DNA of 64,000 bases, from NCBI GenBank assembly GCA_052035175.1, contig JBPOHV010000001.1, forward strand, positions 41,569-105,568, read 5' to 3'. Position 1 is the first letter of the stretch, and every line of letters begins with the position of its first letter. Below, in pieces: positions 1 through 9,646 of the stretch. The translations under genes and the position numbers were made by a program. The notes under the pieces are model-generated. The model worked only from the letters and a program-made list of their open reading frames with translations. It was not told the DNA's origin and did no database searches. This DNA is from a candidate division WWE3 bacterium. Lineage in GTDB: Bacteria > Patescibacteriota > WWE3 > UBA101185 > UBA10185.

Positions 1-2
1 AA

Positions 3-1532
3 AAAATACTAATAGAAGTCCGTAACAAAGTAATGCGTCTTTCAAATGAAAGTATAAGTAACGATGAACACCAAGTAAGTTTTGATATCGTTGCTGCTGT
101 ATTGTGGGGCAACGTAATGTACATAACTAAATATGGTGAAGGACACGTAGTTTTAATGAGAAATTCAGAGATAAAAGAGTTAGAAACTATTACAGAAGGT
201 GGATTTTCTGTGACATCAGGTATTGTGAAAGATGAAGACGTATTAATCTTGGCAACCAGCTCATTTTTCAATAATTACCCACCCGATAAACTTATGGCTA
301 CACCACTTGGTGAACGCGATTTAAAAGCCGAAGAAGCGTGTATCCTCATGAAACTAAAAGTAAATACAAATTTGTCAGAAGAAGAACAAGTAGACTTTGG
401 TGTAGAAATTAAAAAGAAGCCTGTAATAGTAAGTCAGATAAAAGATCGCCTCAAACGCTTAGTAGAAAAACGAGCTAACCAAAAAGATGTACCTTTAGAA
501 ACAATAGCTTCTAAGGGAGCGGTGCTAAACATGAAGTTAAATCCTTTGAAAACTAAAGCACCAGTAGAATCTATCGGTATCAAGTTAGAGCGTAAGAAAA
601 GATTTAAATTTAAGCCAATTGCTTTTATACCAATAGTTGCTGCTGCTCTAATTGTTTCAGTTGTGTTAACCATAAAAGATTCTCAACAAAAGGTGCTTAA
701 ATCGGCCGAAGTTGAAGGTGTTGTAACGCAAACACAACCAACAGAAGATACACCAGAGATACAGCCTAAAGAAGACATAGACAATGAAGCATTTTATGAC
801 CTTAAAATTGCAGATGCACAAGCAGAACCAAAAGAATTGACAATAAATGACAACAGACTCATTGTCATCGACACAAAAAATGGCACAGTTTATAGCTCTG
901 ATACGCAAACACCAAAATTTGAAAAACTTTCAAAGACATACACCAACATTACATCCATAGAAACCGTAGATGAACTGACTTGGGCAGCAATACAAAATAC
1001 AAACAATACTACCGACTTTGTCTCTTTTGACAATAAAGTGTTAGAAAAAACCTCTTATTCTAGCGACACGTTACTTTCAAAAGCAGCTTATTACCTCGAC
1101 TTTATCTACGCATTAAAAGGAAATAGCATACTTAAATATACGAAAGACGGTACAGCGCTGTCTAGTTCTACATGGGGCACGGCAGCTGACTTTGAAGAGG
1201 CGAAAGACTATGTTGTGGCTTATTCTATATGGTTGATCACCAAGGATAACACCATAGTAAAGTATACTGGCGGGCAAAAAGATACATTTACACTCCAGAA
1301 CAACACAGAGCAACTACAAAATCCAGTAGCTATAGCAACAAAGCTGGATTTCGAGAACATTTATATTGCTGATAAAGCCTTGGGCAAAATATTGGCATTT
1401 GACAAACAGGGTAAGTTTGTACAAGAATACGGCAATAGCAAATGGACAGATATTAATGATATTGCTGTAGATACTGCAGAAAAAACGCTATATATCCTAA
1501 GCGGTAGTCGATTATATAAAATTAGTTTGTGA
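3..1532 (+). CDS. Membrane-anchored protein with C-terminal beta-propeller (NHL-like); probably 5'-truncated by the window edge
   Basis: Frame is open from position 3; single TM (FIPIVAAALIVSVVLTI); propeller-like repeats (NPVAIAT...IYIAD, DIAVD...LYIL). Confidence 0.6.
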   Translation, partial: KILIEVRNKVMRLSNESISNDEHQVSFDIVAAVLWGNVMYITKYGEGHVVLMRNSEIKELETITEGGFSVTSGIVKDEDVLILATSSFFNNYPPDKLMATPLGERDLKAEEACILMKLKVNTNLSEEEQVDFGVEIKKKPVIVSQIKDRLKRLVEKRANQKDVPLETIASKGAVLNMKLNPLKTKAPVESIGIKLERKKRFKFKPIAFIPIVAAALIVSVVLTIKDSQQKVLKSAEVEGVVTQTQPTEDTPEIQPKEDIDNEAFYDLKIADAQAEPKELTINDNRLIVIDTKNGTVYSSDTQTPKFEKLSKTYTNITSIETVDELTWAAIQNTNNTTDFVSFDNKVLEKTSYSSDTLLSKAAYYLDFIYALKGNSILKYTKDGTALSSSTWGTAADFEEAKDYVVAYSIWLITKDNTIVKYTGGQKDTFTLQNNTEQLQNPVAIATKLDFENIYIADKALGKILAFDKQGKFVQEYGNSKWTDINDIAVDTAEKTLYILSGSRLYKISL

Positions 1533-1604
1533 TCTTGCCTAAAATCTCCCCAAAAGGGCTTCCATTATGGGGTTTTATAAGGTAAGATACGGGGTGCTTT
1601 TGAA

Positions 1605-1943
1605 ATGCAGGAACTCGTTGAAAATAAAATCGTAATAGAAAACTTACACAGAGCAGCCTGTCCTAAGTGTCAGAAGCCGTTTGGTAATGCGGAAATATAT
1701 ACTGTTTCCCAAGCACCAACATCGTTGATTGCTCATGCTACTTGTGCAAATTGCAAAACAGCTAGCATGATAACAATAACTAACGCCGGAACAGGTCTGG
1801 TACCAATAACATCAGACTTGGGAGGTCAAGAGTTTAAAAAGTTTATAAGTGCAAGTGCAATATCGCATGATGAGGTTTTAAGCCTGCACCAAACACTAAA
1901 AGAAAAAAACATATGGAACTTATTGCAGAGAAAAGAGATATAA
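1605..1943 (+). CDS. Zn-ribbon hypothetical protein
   Basis: CPKC...CANC motifs; overlaps the rplY start. Confidence 0.65.
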   Translation: MQELVENKIVIENLHRAACPKCQKPFGNAEIYTVSQAPTSLIAHATCANCKTASMITITNAGTGLVPITSDLGGQEFKKFISASAISHDEVLSLHQTLKEKNIWNLLQRKEI

Positions 1944-2596
1944 CAGGAAAAAAAGTAAAAAAACTAAGATATGCAGGTCTTGTACCTGCTGTATTATTTG
2001 GAAACAAGCTAGAATCAGAAAATATTTCTGTACCTGGAATTCCTTTTGCAAAACTTTATGCTGAAGCTGGCGATACATCACTTATTGATTTGAAAATAGA
2101 TAATAAATCACACAAGGTCTTGGTTAATGAAATCCAGTACGACCCAATATCTTTAAAAGTTAATCATATCGGTTTTTATAAACCAAACCTTAAAGAAAAA
2201 ACAAAAGTTAATGTACCAGTTATCCTCATAAACGAAGATCAAAACGCGCTTTTGAAAAATGGGGAAGCTATGCTTTTGACAATAGTAGATGAAATAGAAG
2301 TCGAAGCTTTACCAATGGACTTGCCACACAACTTTACTATTGATGCAAATGATCCACGCTTACAAAGCATAGGTAGCAGTATTAAAGTATCTGACCTCGA
2401 CTATGACAAAGATAAAGTCGAAATAATGGGATTAGAAGCAGAAGACCCAATCGTAAAATTGGATAATCCAAATACACAAGAAGAAGTAGAAGAAAAGACA
2501 CCAGAAGAACTTGAAAAAGAAGCTATTGCAGCAATGGAAGCTACAAGTGAAAAGAAACCAGAAGAAGACGACGCCACTGAAACTGAGAACAATTAA
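1913..2596 (+). CDS. rplY: 50S ribosomal protein L25 (Ctc/TL5 long form)
   Basis: KKLR.AGLVPAVLFG, EIQYDPI..V.HI.FY, EVEALPMDLP; acidic tail. Confidence 0.95.
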   Translation: MELIAEKRDITGKKVKKLRYAGLVPAVLFGNKLESENISVPGIPFAKLYAEAGDTSLIDLKIDNKSHKVLVNEIQYDPISLKVNHIGFYKPNLKEKTKVNVPVILINEDQNALLKNGEAMLLTIVDEIEVEALPMDLPHNFTIDANDPRLQSIGSSIKVSDLDYDKDKVEIMGLEAEDPIVKLDNPNTQEEVEEKTPEELEKEAIAAMEATSEKKPEEDDATETENN

Positions 2597-2618
2597 TCTT
2601 TTCGTTTTTGCATTTATT

Positions 2619-4916
2619 CTATACGCTTAATTGGTCTGGCCATTTGGTTACGATCAATGCATCTTCATCAGCATCTCTAACATGTGACCATAATTCCTCT
2701 GTAACAAAAGGCATAAATGGGTGTAAAAGTTTGAGACTATTCTTTAAAACTACACGTAAAACACACAAAGAAACATCTTTCCTTTCGGAAGTCTTTGTAT
2801 ATTCAATATAATCAGACGCCAAAGTATCCCACATAAAATGATAAAGTGCATCTCCAGCATCTGCGAAGCGATATTTTTCCAAACTAGTTGTAACAGCAGT
2901 TATTAACGCGTTGAAATCTAGAATAAGTTGTTTTTCTTTGTCACCCAAAGCATTCTTTATACTAGCCAAATCTTTGGGTACACCACCAGATTGCATAAAA
3001 GCGTCGTTTTCTAAAATATCTATAAATCTGACCATATTCCAAATTTTGTTTGCAAAATTCCTATAAGCTATAACTTTATCTTGAGGAAAAGAAAAGTCTT
3101 GCCCGGTTGCTGTACCACTAATCAAACCCATACGCAAAGCGTCTGCACCATAAGTTTCTACCGCATCCAAAGGATCAACTTGATTACCCAAGCTCTTGCT
3201 CATTTTTTTGCCATCAGCAGCTCTTACCAACCCATGCAAATATACGTCTTTGAATGGTGCTTTACCTGTAAGGTATATTCCAAACATAATCATGCGACTA
3301 ACCCAAAATCTGATGATTTCCCAACCTGTTTCTAATACAGCAGTTGGATAAAAATAATTGAAATCTTCACTATTTGGATAACCTAAAGTAACAAGTGGCC
3401 AATGACCGCTGCTAAACCATGTATCAAAAACATCAGTTTCTTGTAAATAATATCCAAACGGTTGAGAAGCCGAAATCACATAAGACGCTTCTTTTGGAGC
3501 CATCAAAGATTGCAAACCTTTTTCTATTTCGACAAAAGTGTAGTCGCCACCATATGTATCTAATAAGTCTTTGAGAAGCCCATGTACACGGTTTCCATGC
3601 TTATCTAAAAAAGTAACCATAAGCTCAGGATTTTCTTCTACGCTATACCAAACAGGTATACGAATACCCCAAACTAATTGGCGTGATATAGGCCAATCGT
3701 GCATTTCTTCCATCCATTGCGTATATGTGATTTCACGCCATTTAGGATAGATTGTTACATCGCCATTTAACACAGCGTCTAATGCGGGCTTTTTCAAAGT
3801 ATCTACACGCACAAACCAATTGGGCAAAACCATTGGTTCAATTACGTGATTACCTTTATAACAAACTGCTACACTGTGCACATAAGATGTATCGATCTTT
3901 TCCACTAAGCCTTTTTCTTGCAAAATCTTTACGACCTCTTCTCTAGCATTATTTACAGACATGCCTTTAATATGAGCCAGTGCAGGGTAATTACTTACAG
4001 TATCAGAGACGCGCCCATCCAAACCAAGCATACTTATAACTGGCAAGTTGTGTTTTTTGGCAACGTCATAATCATTCTTATCATGACCGGGTGTAAGCTT
4101 TACTATACCTGTACCAAATTCTGGAACAACAAAGGTATCACCGATAATTTCCATTTCTACATTTGTAAGAGGATTTAACACTTTCTTACCAATAAGATGA
4201 GATTTGGTTTTATCTTCAGGATTAACTGCCAAGTGGGTATCTATAAAAATTGGCTCAGGACGTGTAGTGGCAACCACTACATAATCGTTACTATCAACAA
4301 AAGGGTACTTAATATAGTACAAAGATGTTTTGCGCTCTTCGTGTAGTATTTCTAGATCTGCAAAAGTTGTACCGCATTTGGGGCAATAATTGACCATATA
4401 ATTATCTCGATAAACTAAGTCTTCTTTTGATAATTTTTCGAAAGTTTTATAAACCGTATCTAAAACGTCTGACTCTAAAGTATATTTTTCACGAGACCAG
4501 TCTAGACTTGGACCTAGTGCGCGTACTTGCTTATGTATCGAGTCTTTACAATCTTCTACAAAGTTATGAACCGCGTCATAAAAACTTGCACGATCAAAGT
4601 CGAATCGCGACTTTCCTTGTTTAGCGAGTTGCTTTTCATAAACTACTTGTGTCTCAAAGCCAGCATGATCGGTTCCTGGCAACCACAAAGCACTATATCC
4701 CTGCATACGCTTCCAACGAACCAAAGTGTCTTCTAGAGCGATCATAAGTGCATGCCCTACATGCAACACACCATTAGCATTGGGGGGCGGTAACACTATT
4801 GCATACGGTTGCTTATTTGGATCACGCGATGCTTTGAAATAACCGCCTTCTTCCCACATTTTGTATATGCGTGATTCTACTTCTTTATGAATATATTTTT
4901 TTGCTAGTTCTGACAT
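2619..4916 (-). CDS. valS: Valine--tRNA ligase (short form, no C-terminal coiled coil)
   Basis: PPPNANG.LHVGH, DWPISRQLVWG, KMSKS; 765 aa. Confidence 0.97.
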   Translation of the reverse strand: MSELAKKYIHKEVESRIYKMWEEGGYFKASRDPNKQPYAIVLPPPNANGVLHVGHALMIALEDTLVRWKRMQGYSALWLPGTDHAGFETQVVYEKQLAKQGKSRFDFDRASFYDAVHNFVEDCKDSIHKQVRALGPSLDWSREKYTLESDVLDTVYKTFEKLSKEDLVYRDNYMVNYCPKCGTTFADLEILHEERKTSLYYIKYPFVDSNDYVVVATTRPEPIFIDTHLAVNPEDKTKSHLIGKKVLNPLTNVEMEIIGDTFVVPEFGTGIVKLTPGHDKNDYDVAKKHNLPVISMLGLDGRVSDTVSNYPALAHIKGMSVNNAREEVVKILQEKGLVEKIDTSYVHSVAVCYKGNHVIEPMVLPNWFVRVDTLKKPALDAVLNGDVTIYPKWREITYTQWMEEMHDWPISRQLVWGIRIPVWYSVEENPELMVTFLDKHGNRVHGLLKDLLDTYGGDYTFVEIEKGLQSLMAPKEASYVISASQPFGYYLQETDVFDTWFSSGHWPLVTLGYPNSEDFNYFYPTAVLETGWEIIRFWVSRMIMFGIYLTGKAPFKDVYLHGLVRAADGKKMSKSLGNQVDPLDAVETYGADALRMGLISGTATGQDFSFPQDKVIAYRNFANKIWNMVRFIDILENDAFMQSGGVPKDLASIKNALGDKEKQLILDFNALITAVTTSLEKYRFADAGDALYHFMWDTLASDYIEYTKTSERKDVSLCVLRVVLKNSLKLLHPFMPFVTEELWSHVRDADEDALIVTKWPDQLSV

Positions 4917-4921
4917 GACTT

Positions 4922-5155
4922 CCTCTCTTTCCTATTATATAGATATATATAAATAACTTATATAAACGTTGTTTTTGAGAGGCTTCGTCTGAGGACGAAA
5001 GGTACCAGCCTTTCTATTGAAAGTTCCGCTTTGCGGTACGATCTACTTAATTTAGATTATTACGGATTCTCCGGCGAGTTCTATTCGCTAACGTTGATTA
5101 GCTTTCTTCTCACAGCGTTGTAAGGTGACATTAATTCCTTACTCTAGTGCTTTTC
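4922..5155 (-). promoter_or_regulatory. T-box riboswitch (Val), translational type with ultrashort stem I
   Basis: Minus strand: GUAAGG/CCUUAC stem with loop containing GUC (5127-5129); AGGC-UGGUACC-U-UUCGUC/GACGAA-GCCU antiterminator-like fold (4980-5011); CCUCUC (4977-4982) complementary to SD-like GAGAGG (4922-4927). Confidence 0.75.
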
Positions 5156-5270
5156 GATTAACCAAAGTTAGCATGAAAAGGTTAGAAGGGTCAAGCTTCA
5201 ACTTTTTGATTAATAGATGCATTTTGCAACAAAGCTGTTTTTTCTGGTTAAACCTTTGTATAATGTGCCC

Positions 5271-6521
5271 ATGCGCTATAGTAGGCTTTTTGGCAAAACA
5301 AAAAAAGAAATACCAGCAGACGAAACAAGCAAAAACGCTCAATTACTTATTCAAGCTGGATATATTTATAAAGAGATGGCTGGCGTATACGCCTACCTAC
5401 CTTTAGGCCTACGCGTTATAGAAAAAATTAAGCAAATAGTCAGAACAGAAATGAATGCGATAGGTGGACAAGAACTCATTATGACGGCATTGCAAAGAAA
5501 AGATCTGTGGGAAAAAACAAATAGATGGGATGACGAAAAAGTAGACGTTTGGTTTAAATCAAAATTGAAAAATGAAACAGAAATAGGATTTGGGTGGTCA
5601 CACGAAGAACCAATCACAGAGATGTTAAACCAATTTGTACACAGTTACAAAGACTTACCAATATTTGTATACCAATTTCAAACTAAATTGCGTAATGAGT
5701 TGAGAGCAAAAAGCGGAATAATGCGAGGCAGAGAATTTGTAATGAAAGATATGTACTCTTATACGCAAAATCAAGCCGAGCACGATAAATTTTATGCACA
5801 AGTTACCGAAGCCTATATGCGCATATTCACACAATTAGGCCTGGGAAAAGAAACTTTTGTTACGTTTGCATCTGGAGGCGCGTTTACCGAATACAGTCAT
5901 GAATTTCAAACCATAACAGATGCAGGAGAAGATAATATCTATATCAGCTTTGAAAAAAATATTGCGATTAATGAAGAAGTTTTAAACGAAAAAACTTTGG
6001 AAAAGTTAAATATAAAAAAAGAAGAGTTGACACAAGTAAAAACCGCAGAAGTAGGTAACATATTTGACTTTGGTACAGTAAAATCCGAACAATTAGAACT
6101 AAAATACGCTGATAACACAGGATCTATTACTCCCGTACATCTTGGATCTTACGGTATTGGTATAACAAGAGTAATGGGTGTAATTGCAGAAAAGTTTGCC
6201 GATGAAAAAGGCATTGTCTGGCCAGAAAATATCTCACCTTACAAAGTGCATCTAGTAGGTTTGAACCTGGATAATGAAGAAACAAAGGTTCAAGCCGAAA
6301 AAGTATACAAAACATTAATTGATAACCAGATAGAGACCTTATTTGATGACAGAGTGGAAACAAGTGTTGGGCAGAAATTGAGTGACGCAGATTTAATAGG
6401 AATACCAAATAGGTTATTAGTATCAAAAAAAACAGGAACAAGCGTTGAATTTAAAAAACGAAATGAAGAAGCAAGCTCCACAGTATCTGTAGACGAAATT
6501 CTACTAAAACTCAAAAACTAA
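5271..6521 (+). CDS. proS: Proline--tRNA ligase (short form, no INS editing domain)
   Basis: LLIQAGYI, YQFQTKLRNELR..GIMRGREFVMKDMYS, GSYGIGITR; TATAAT 6 nt before ATG 5271. Confidence 0.93.
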   Translation: MRYSRLFGKTKKEIPADETSKNAQLLIQAGYIYKEMAGVYAYLPLGLRVIEKIKQIVRTEMNAIGGQELIMTALQRKDLWEKTNRWDDEKVDVWFKSKLKNETEIGFGWSHEEPITEMLNQFVHSYKDLPIFVYQFQTKLRNELRAKSGIMRGREFVMKDMYSYTQNQAEHDKFYAQVTEAYMRIFTQLGLGKETFVTFASGGAFTEYSHEFQTITDAGEDNIYISFEKNIAINEEVLNEKTLEKLNIKKEELTQVKTAEVGNIFDFGTVKSEQLELKYADNTGSITPVHLGSYGIGITRVMGVIAEKFADEKGIVWPENISPYKVHLVGLNLDNEETKVQAEKVYKTLIDNQIETLFDDRVETSVGQKLSDADLIGIPNRLLVSKKTGTSVEFKKRNEEASSTVSVDEILLKLKN

Positions 6522-6528
6522 AAGTTAG

Positions 6529-7092
6529 TTAATCTTTAATATATTTAAATAAAGCCTCGAAAAGACTGGTATAGACCGCTTTATCTGTCGTAGTGGGTAA
6601 TGTTAAATTTAAATTAACAAACGAGCTATGTTTTTCGCTTGATGAAGACATAGAAGTGTCATCAGGCACTTGTTGTGCATCAACAAAAGGGTGACCGGAT
6701 AATGACAACAAAGCTAACAAAGTATCAGTATATAAAACAGCAGTAGAGTGACTAACGGCAGTCTGTTTTAAAAACTCAGACACGAGTGAAGCATGTGTCA
6801 ATACTTGTGACACAAGTACCGTTTTATAGTTGGTTTGTATGCAAGAATATAAAGTGGTATGAAACAAAGTAGCATCACGTAGAAACATGTATGCGTCAGT
6901 AGGCACACCATCTGCAGATATAAAACCCAAAAACCTTAATAAATTAACAAAGTCTCTATCTTGTGAACTTGTAAACTTGCACACAGAAGAAAAAAACCTG
7001 TAAGTAAACTTTCTAGGAACCTCCTCTACTTTAATAGCATTAAAATAAGCGGATAACTTATCTAGAGACCTAACAACAGGAAATGTGAACAT
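6529..7092 (-). CDS. DUF5343-like protein
   Basis: VPRKFT..F....F.SS.DR.F..LLRFLGFI..DG.PT..Y pattern recalled for this family. Confidence 0.6.
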   Translation of the reverse strand: MFTFPVVRSLDKLSAYFNAIKVEEVPRKFTYRFFSSVCKFTSSQDRDFVNLLRFLGFISADGVPTDAYMFLRDATLFHTTLYSCIQTNYKTVLVSQVLTHASLVSEFLKQTAVSHSTAVLYTDTLLALLSLSGHPFVDAQQVPDDTSMSSSSEKHSSFVNLNLTLPTTTDKAVYTSLFEALFKYIKD

Positions 7093-7101
7093 ATATACAA
7101 G

Positions 7102-7199
7102 TTTTCCACAATGACATACAGTATGTCAATACACTGACACGAATACGTGGGTGTGTGGCATAAAATGCAGATGTTATGACACAGGTAAAATGTGGATAA
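7102..7199. promoter_or_regulatory. DnaA boxes and a 17-bp palindrome upstream of the DUF5343-like gene
   Basis: TTTTCCACA 7102-7110, TGTGGATAA 7191-7199, TGACATAC-A-GTATGTCA 7112-7128. Confidence 0.6.
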
Positions 7200-7224
7200 G
7201 TTGTGCAAATATACTATTAACTGG

Positions 7225-8274
7225 TTAGACGGCTGTGTTTATACTTATAGAAGGAAGTGCTTGAATAGACGATAGTTGTGGTAACCGATATGATGAGAAC
7301 TTAGTTTTGTAATAGGCAGCTGCCGCTATATAAACAGCATTATCTGTACACAAATAAAGAGGTGGTACAAAAGTTTTTATATTTTTTTCACCGGCAGCTG
7401 CCTCGATACGTGAACGCAATAACGAATTCGCACTGACACCACCCCCAAGTAAAATACACTTAACAGCATATTGATCTGCCGCCTGTAATACCTTGTGTTG
7501 TAAAACATCAACTACAGCCTGTTCAAATGAATAAGCAACTGCAACATTATTGTACAAATTGGATGCAACAACACGCTTTATAGCAGTTTTCAAACCAGAA
7601 AATGACATATCACTCGTCTTAGAATCAAACATAGGTCTAGGCAATATCGGTAAAGTACCGTGCAATTCTGGAGTATACGTCTGGGCAAGTTTAGAAAGCT
7701 TTGCACCACCAAGGTACTTACTTATATCCAAAAGGCGAGCAGTTTTATCAAAGGCTTCACCAGCAGCATCATCCAAAGTACCTCCCAAAAAATCAAAAGT
7801 TGTATAATCGCGCATCAAAACTATGTCTGTATGACCACCGCTAACTACAAGCGCCAAAGCTGGGAAGTCTATTTCATTAATACGTGGATTGTCTACAAAA
7901 TTTGCATATATATGGCCAATCAAATGATTCACTGGTACAAGAGGTTTGTTCCATGCAAACGCCAATGCTTTTGCTGCCTCTACACCTATAAGAAGCGAGC
8001 CCACTAAACCTGGACCTACAGTAACTGCCAACATATCTATGTGGTCTTTAGTTATATTTGCTTTCGATAAGCACTGATCAATAACTGGAATTATACTTTC
8101 CAACTGCTTACGTGCTGCAATTTCAGGAATAACACCGCCAAATGACTCGTGTATATCTTTTGAAGTAGCCAAAGTTTCGCTAATAAGATGAATACTTTTG
8201 GGATTATTTTTATCATCTTGTACAATCGCGCACGCTGTTTCGTCACAAGATGTCTCTATTGCCATAATGGTCAC
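7225..8274 (-). CDS. tsaD: tRNA t6A37 threonylcarbamoyltransferase TsaD
   Basis: AIETSCDET, GPGLVGSL, VNHLIGH, VSGGHT, DDAAGEAFDK, CTDNA. Confidence 0.96.
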   Translation of the reverse strand: MTIMAIETSCDETACAIVQDDKNNPKSIHLISETLATSKDIHESFGGVIPEIAARKQLESIIPVIDQCLSKANITKDHIDMLAVTVGPGLVGSLLIGVEAAKALAFAWNKPLVPVNHLIGHIYANFVDNPRINEIDFPALALVVSGGHTDIVLMRDYTTFDFLGGTLDDAAGEAFDKTARLLDISKYLGGAKLSKLAQTYTPELHGTLPILPRPMFDSKTSDMSFSGLKTAIKRVVASNLYNNVAVAYSFEQAVVDVLQHKVLQAADQYAVKCILLGGGVSANSLLRSRIEAAAGEKNIKTFVPPLYLCTDNAVYIAAAAYYKTKFSSYRLPQLSSIQALPSISINTAV

Positions 8275-8298
8275 ATGGGCATTATAAAAGGGGATCGA

Positions 8299-9606
8299 TT
8301 ATTTAACAAGTTCTGCTTTTACTGCCGTCAAAGCTTCTTCAGTTGATATTGTTTTTAATATAACTTTGTTGACTGCATCTTGTAAAGCTGTAACTTGACG
8401 ACGATCACCAGCTCGGCCGGCTATCTCATAGCTTTTAGAATGCTCAGCTGTTTGCAAAACCGGTCCTAGATATGGATGCGTTGCCAAATCTTGCTTTAAG
8501 GACTTCAAACTATAAGCAGCACCATAAGGCATGGCTTTACTAGATTCCTCAAACCAAGCTTTTTGTGTATCTTCTTGTGTCAAAAAGTTTAAGAAATCCC
8601 ACGCAAGTGCGGAGTTTTTACTACTAGATGGAACAACGCCCATCCAAAAAGTGCCCCAACCGACAGGCTGATCGCTTTTTATCTGTGGCGGAAATGCAAC
8701 ACCTATTTCCATGTCCGGACGTGCTTTTACAATATCTGTAACTATCCATGTTGGTACAAAAATCATAGACACTTTTCCTTGAGCGAAGGCTGTAGTTGCT
8801 TCTGGCATAGTAGAATCCCAAACGCCATCTTCACGAGAAAAGTTTACAAAATAATCGAAAGCATCTTGTGCAGGTCGTGAAGTTATACCGTCTGGTAAAA
8901 CAATACCTGCTTGAGAAAACATGAGACCTAGTATATCGCTAAAAAAGTCTATATTATCTGCTGTACCAATGGCAGCACCACTTCTTATCAATTCATCGTC
9001 TTTACCCTTGATAGTTAGCTCCAATGCCAAGCGTCTAAATTCTTCCCATGCAGTTGGGGGTTCAAACTGTCCAACTTCTTCAAAATGTTTTTTGTTATAA
9101 ACCAAAACTAAACCCTCATGATATAAAGGAACTCCATAAACTTTCTTATCAAAAACCGCGCTCTCAGAAGCTACAGAATAAAACTTTTGATTAAATGCAT
9201 CTGCGGTAAGTACAGATTCGGGAGCAGGTGTGAGTTTGGAACGTAATCGAGGTACCCAGCTATTATGCACAAACATAATATCAACATTGGTATCCGATTG
9301 ATCAGCTCTTGCAAAAACACGATCTTTCAATTCAATTGATGGGATAACTGAACGATCCTCATAAGTTATAGTTACATCGGGATGCGTTTCTTTATACTTA
9401 TTGATCAAAGCATCAACGACTTCTGGGCTCTGCCAAACACCCCAAACAGTCAAATTACCAGAAGTAGTATTACCAGACTTACCAAAATAAGAGCCAATCA
9501 AAGGCAAATCTTGCAAAGTACACGCAGTAACAAACAAAGGTAGTAATAATAAAATTCCTAACGTAATTAGTTTATTTGTATTTTTATTTTTAAGTATAGT
9601 TAACAT
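8299..9606 (-). CDS. Extracellular solute-binding lipoprotein (sugar ABC type), no permease nearby
   Basis: Lipobox-like VTAC; YGVP....LVYNK..F, PPTAWEEF, FAQGKVSM, AWDFLNFL. Confidence 0.85.
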   Translation of the reverse strand: MLTILKNKNTNKLITLGILLLLPLFVTACTLQDLPLIGSYFGKSGNTTSGNLTVWGVWQSPEVVDALINKYKETHPDVTITYEDRSVIPSIELKDRVFARADQSDTNVDIMFVHNSWVPRLRSKLTPAPESVLTADAFNQKFYSVASESAVFDKKVYGVPLYHEGLVLVYNKKHFEEVGQFEPPTAWEEFRRLALELTIKGKDDELIRSGAAIGTADNIDFFSDILGLMFSQAGIVLPDGITSRPAQDAFDYFVNFSREDGVWDSTMPEATTAFAQGKVSMIFVPTWIVTDIVKARPDMEIGVAFPPQIKSDQPVGWGTFWMGVVPSSSKNSALAWDFLNFLTQEDTQKAWFEESSKAMPYGAAYSLKSLKQDLATHPYLGPVLQTAEHSKSYEIAGRAGDRRQVTALQDAVNKVILKTISTEEALTAVKAELVK

Positions 9607-9646
9607 AGGGCAATTAGTTATAACTAATTATAGTAGACATTTATTT

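Noticed and set aside
4985-5000. Hammerhead ribozyme (CTGAGGA-CGAAA on the + strand)
   Set aside because: No stem II or stem III; it is the reverse complement of the T-box antiterminator hairpin.
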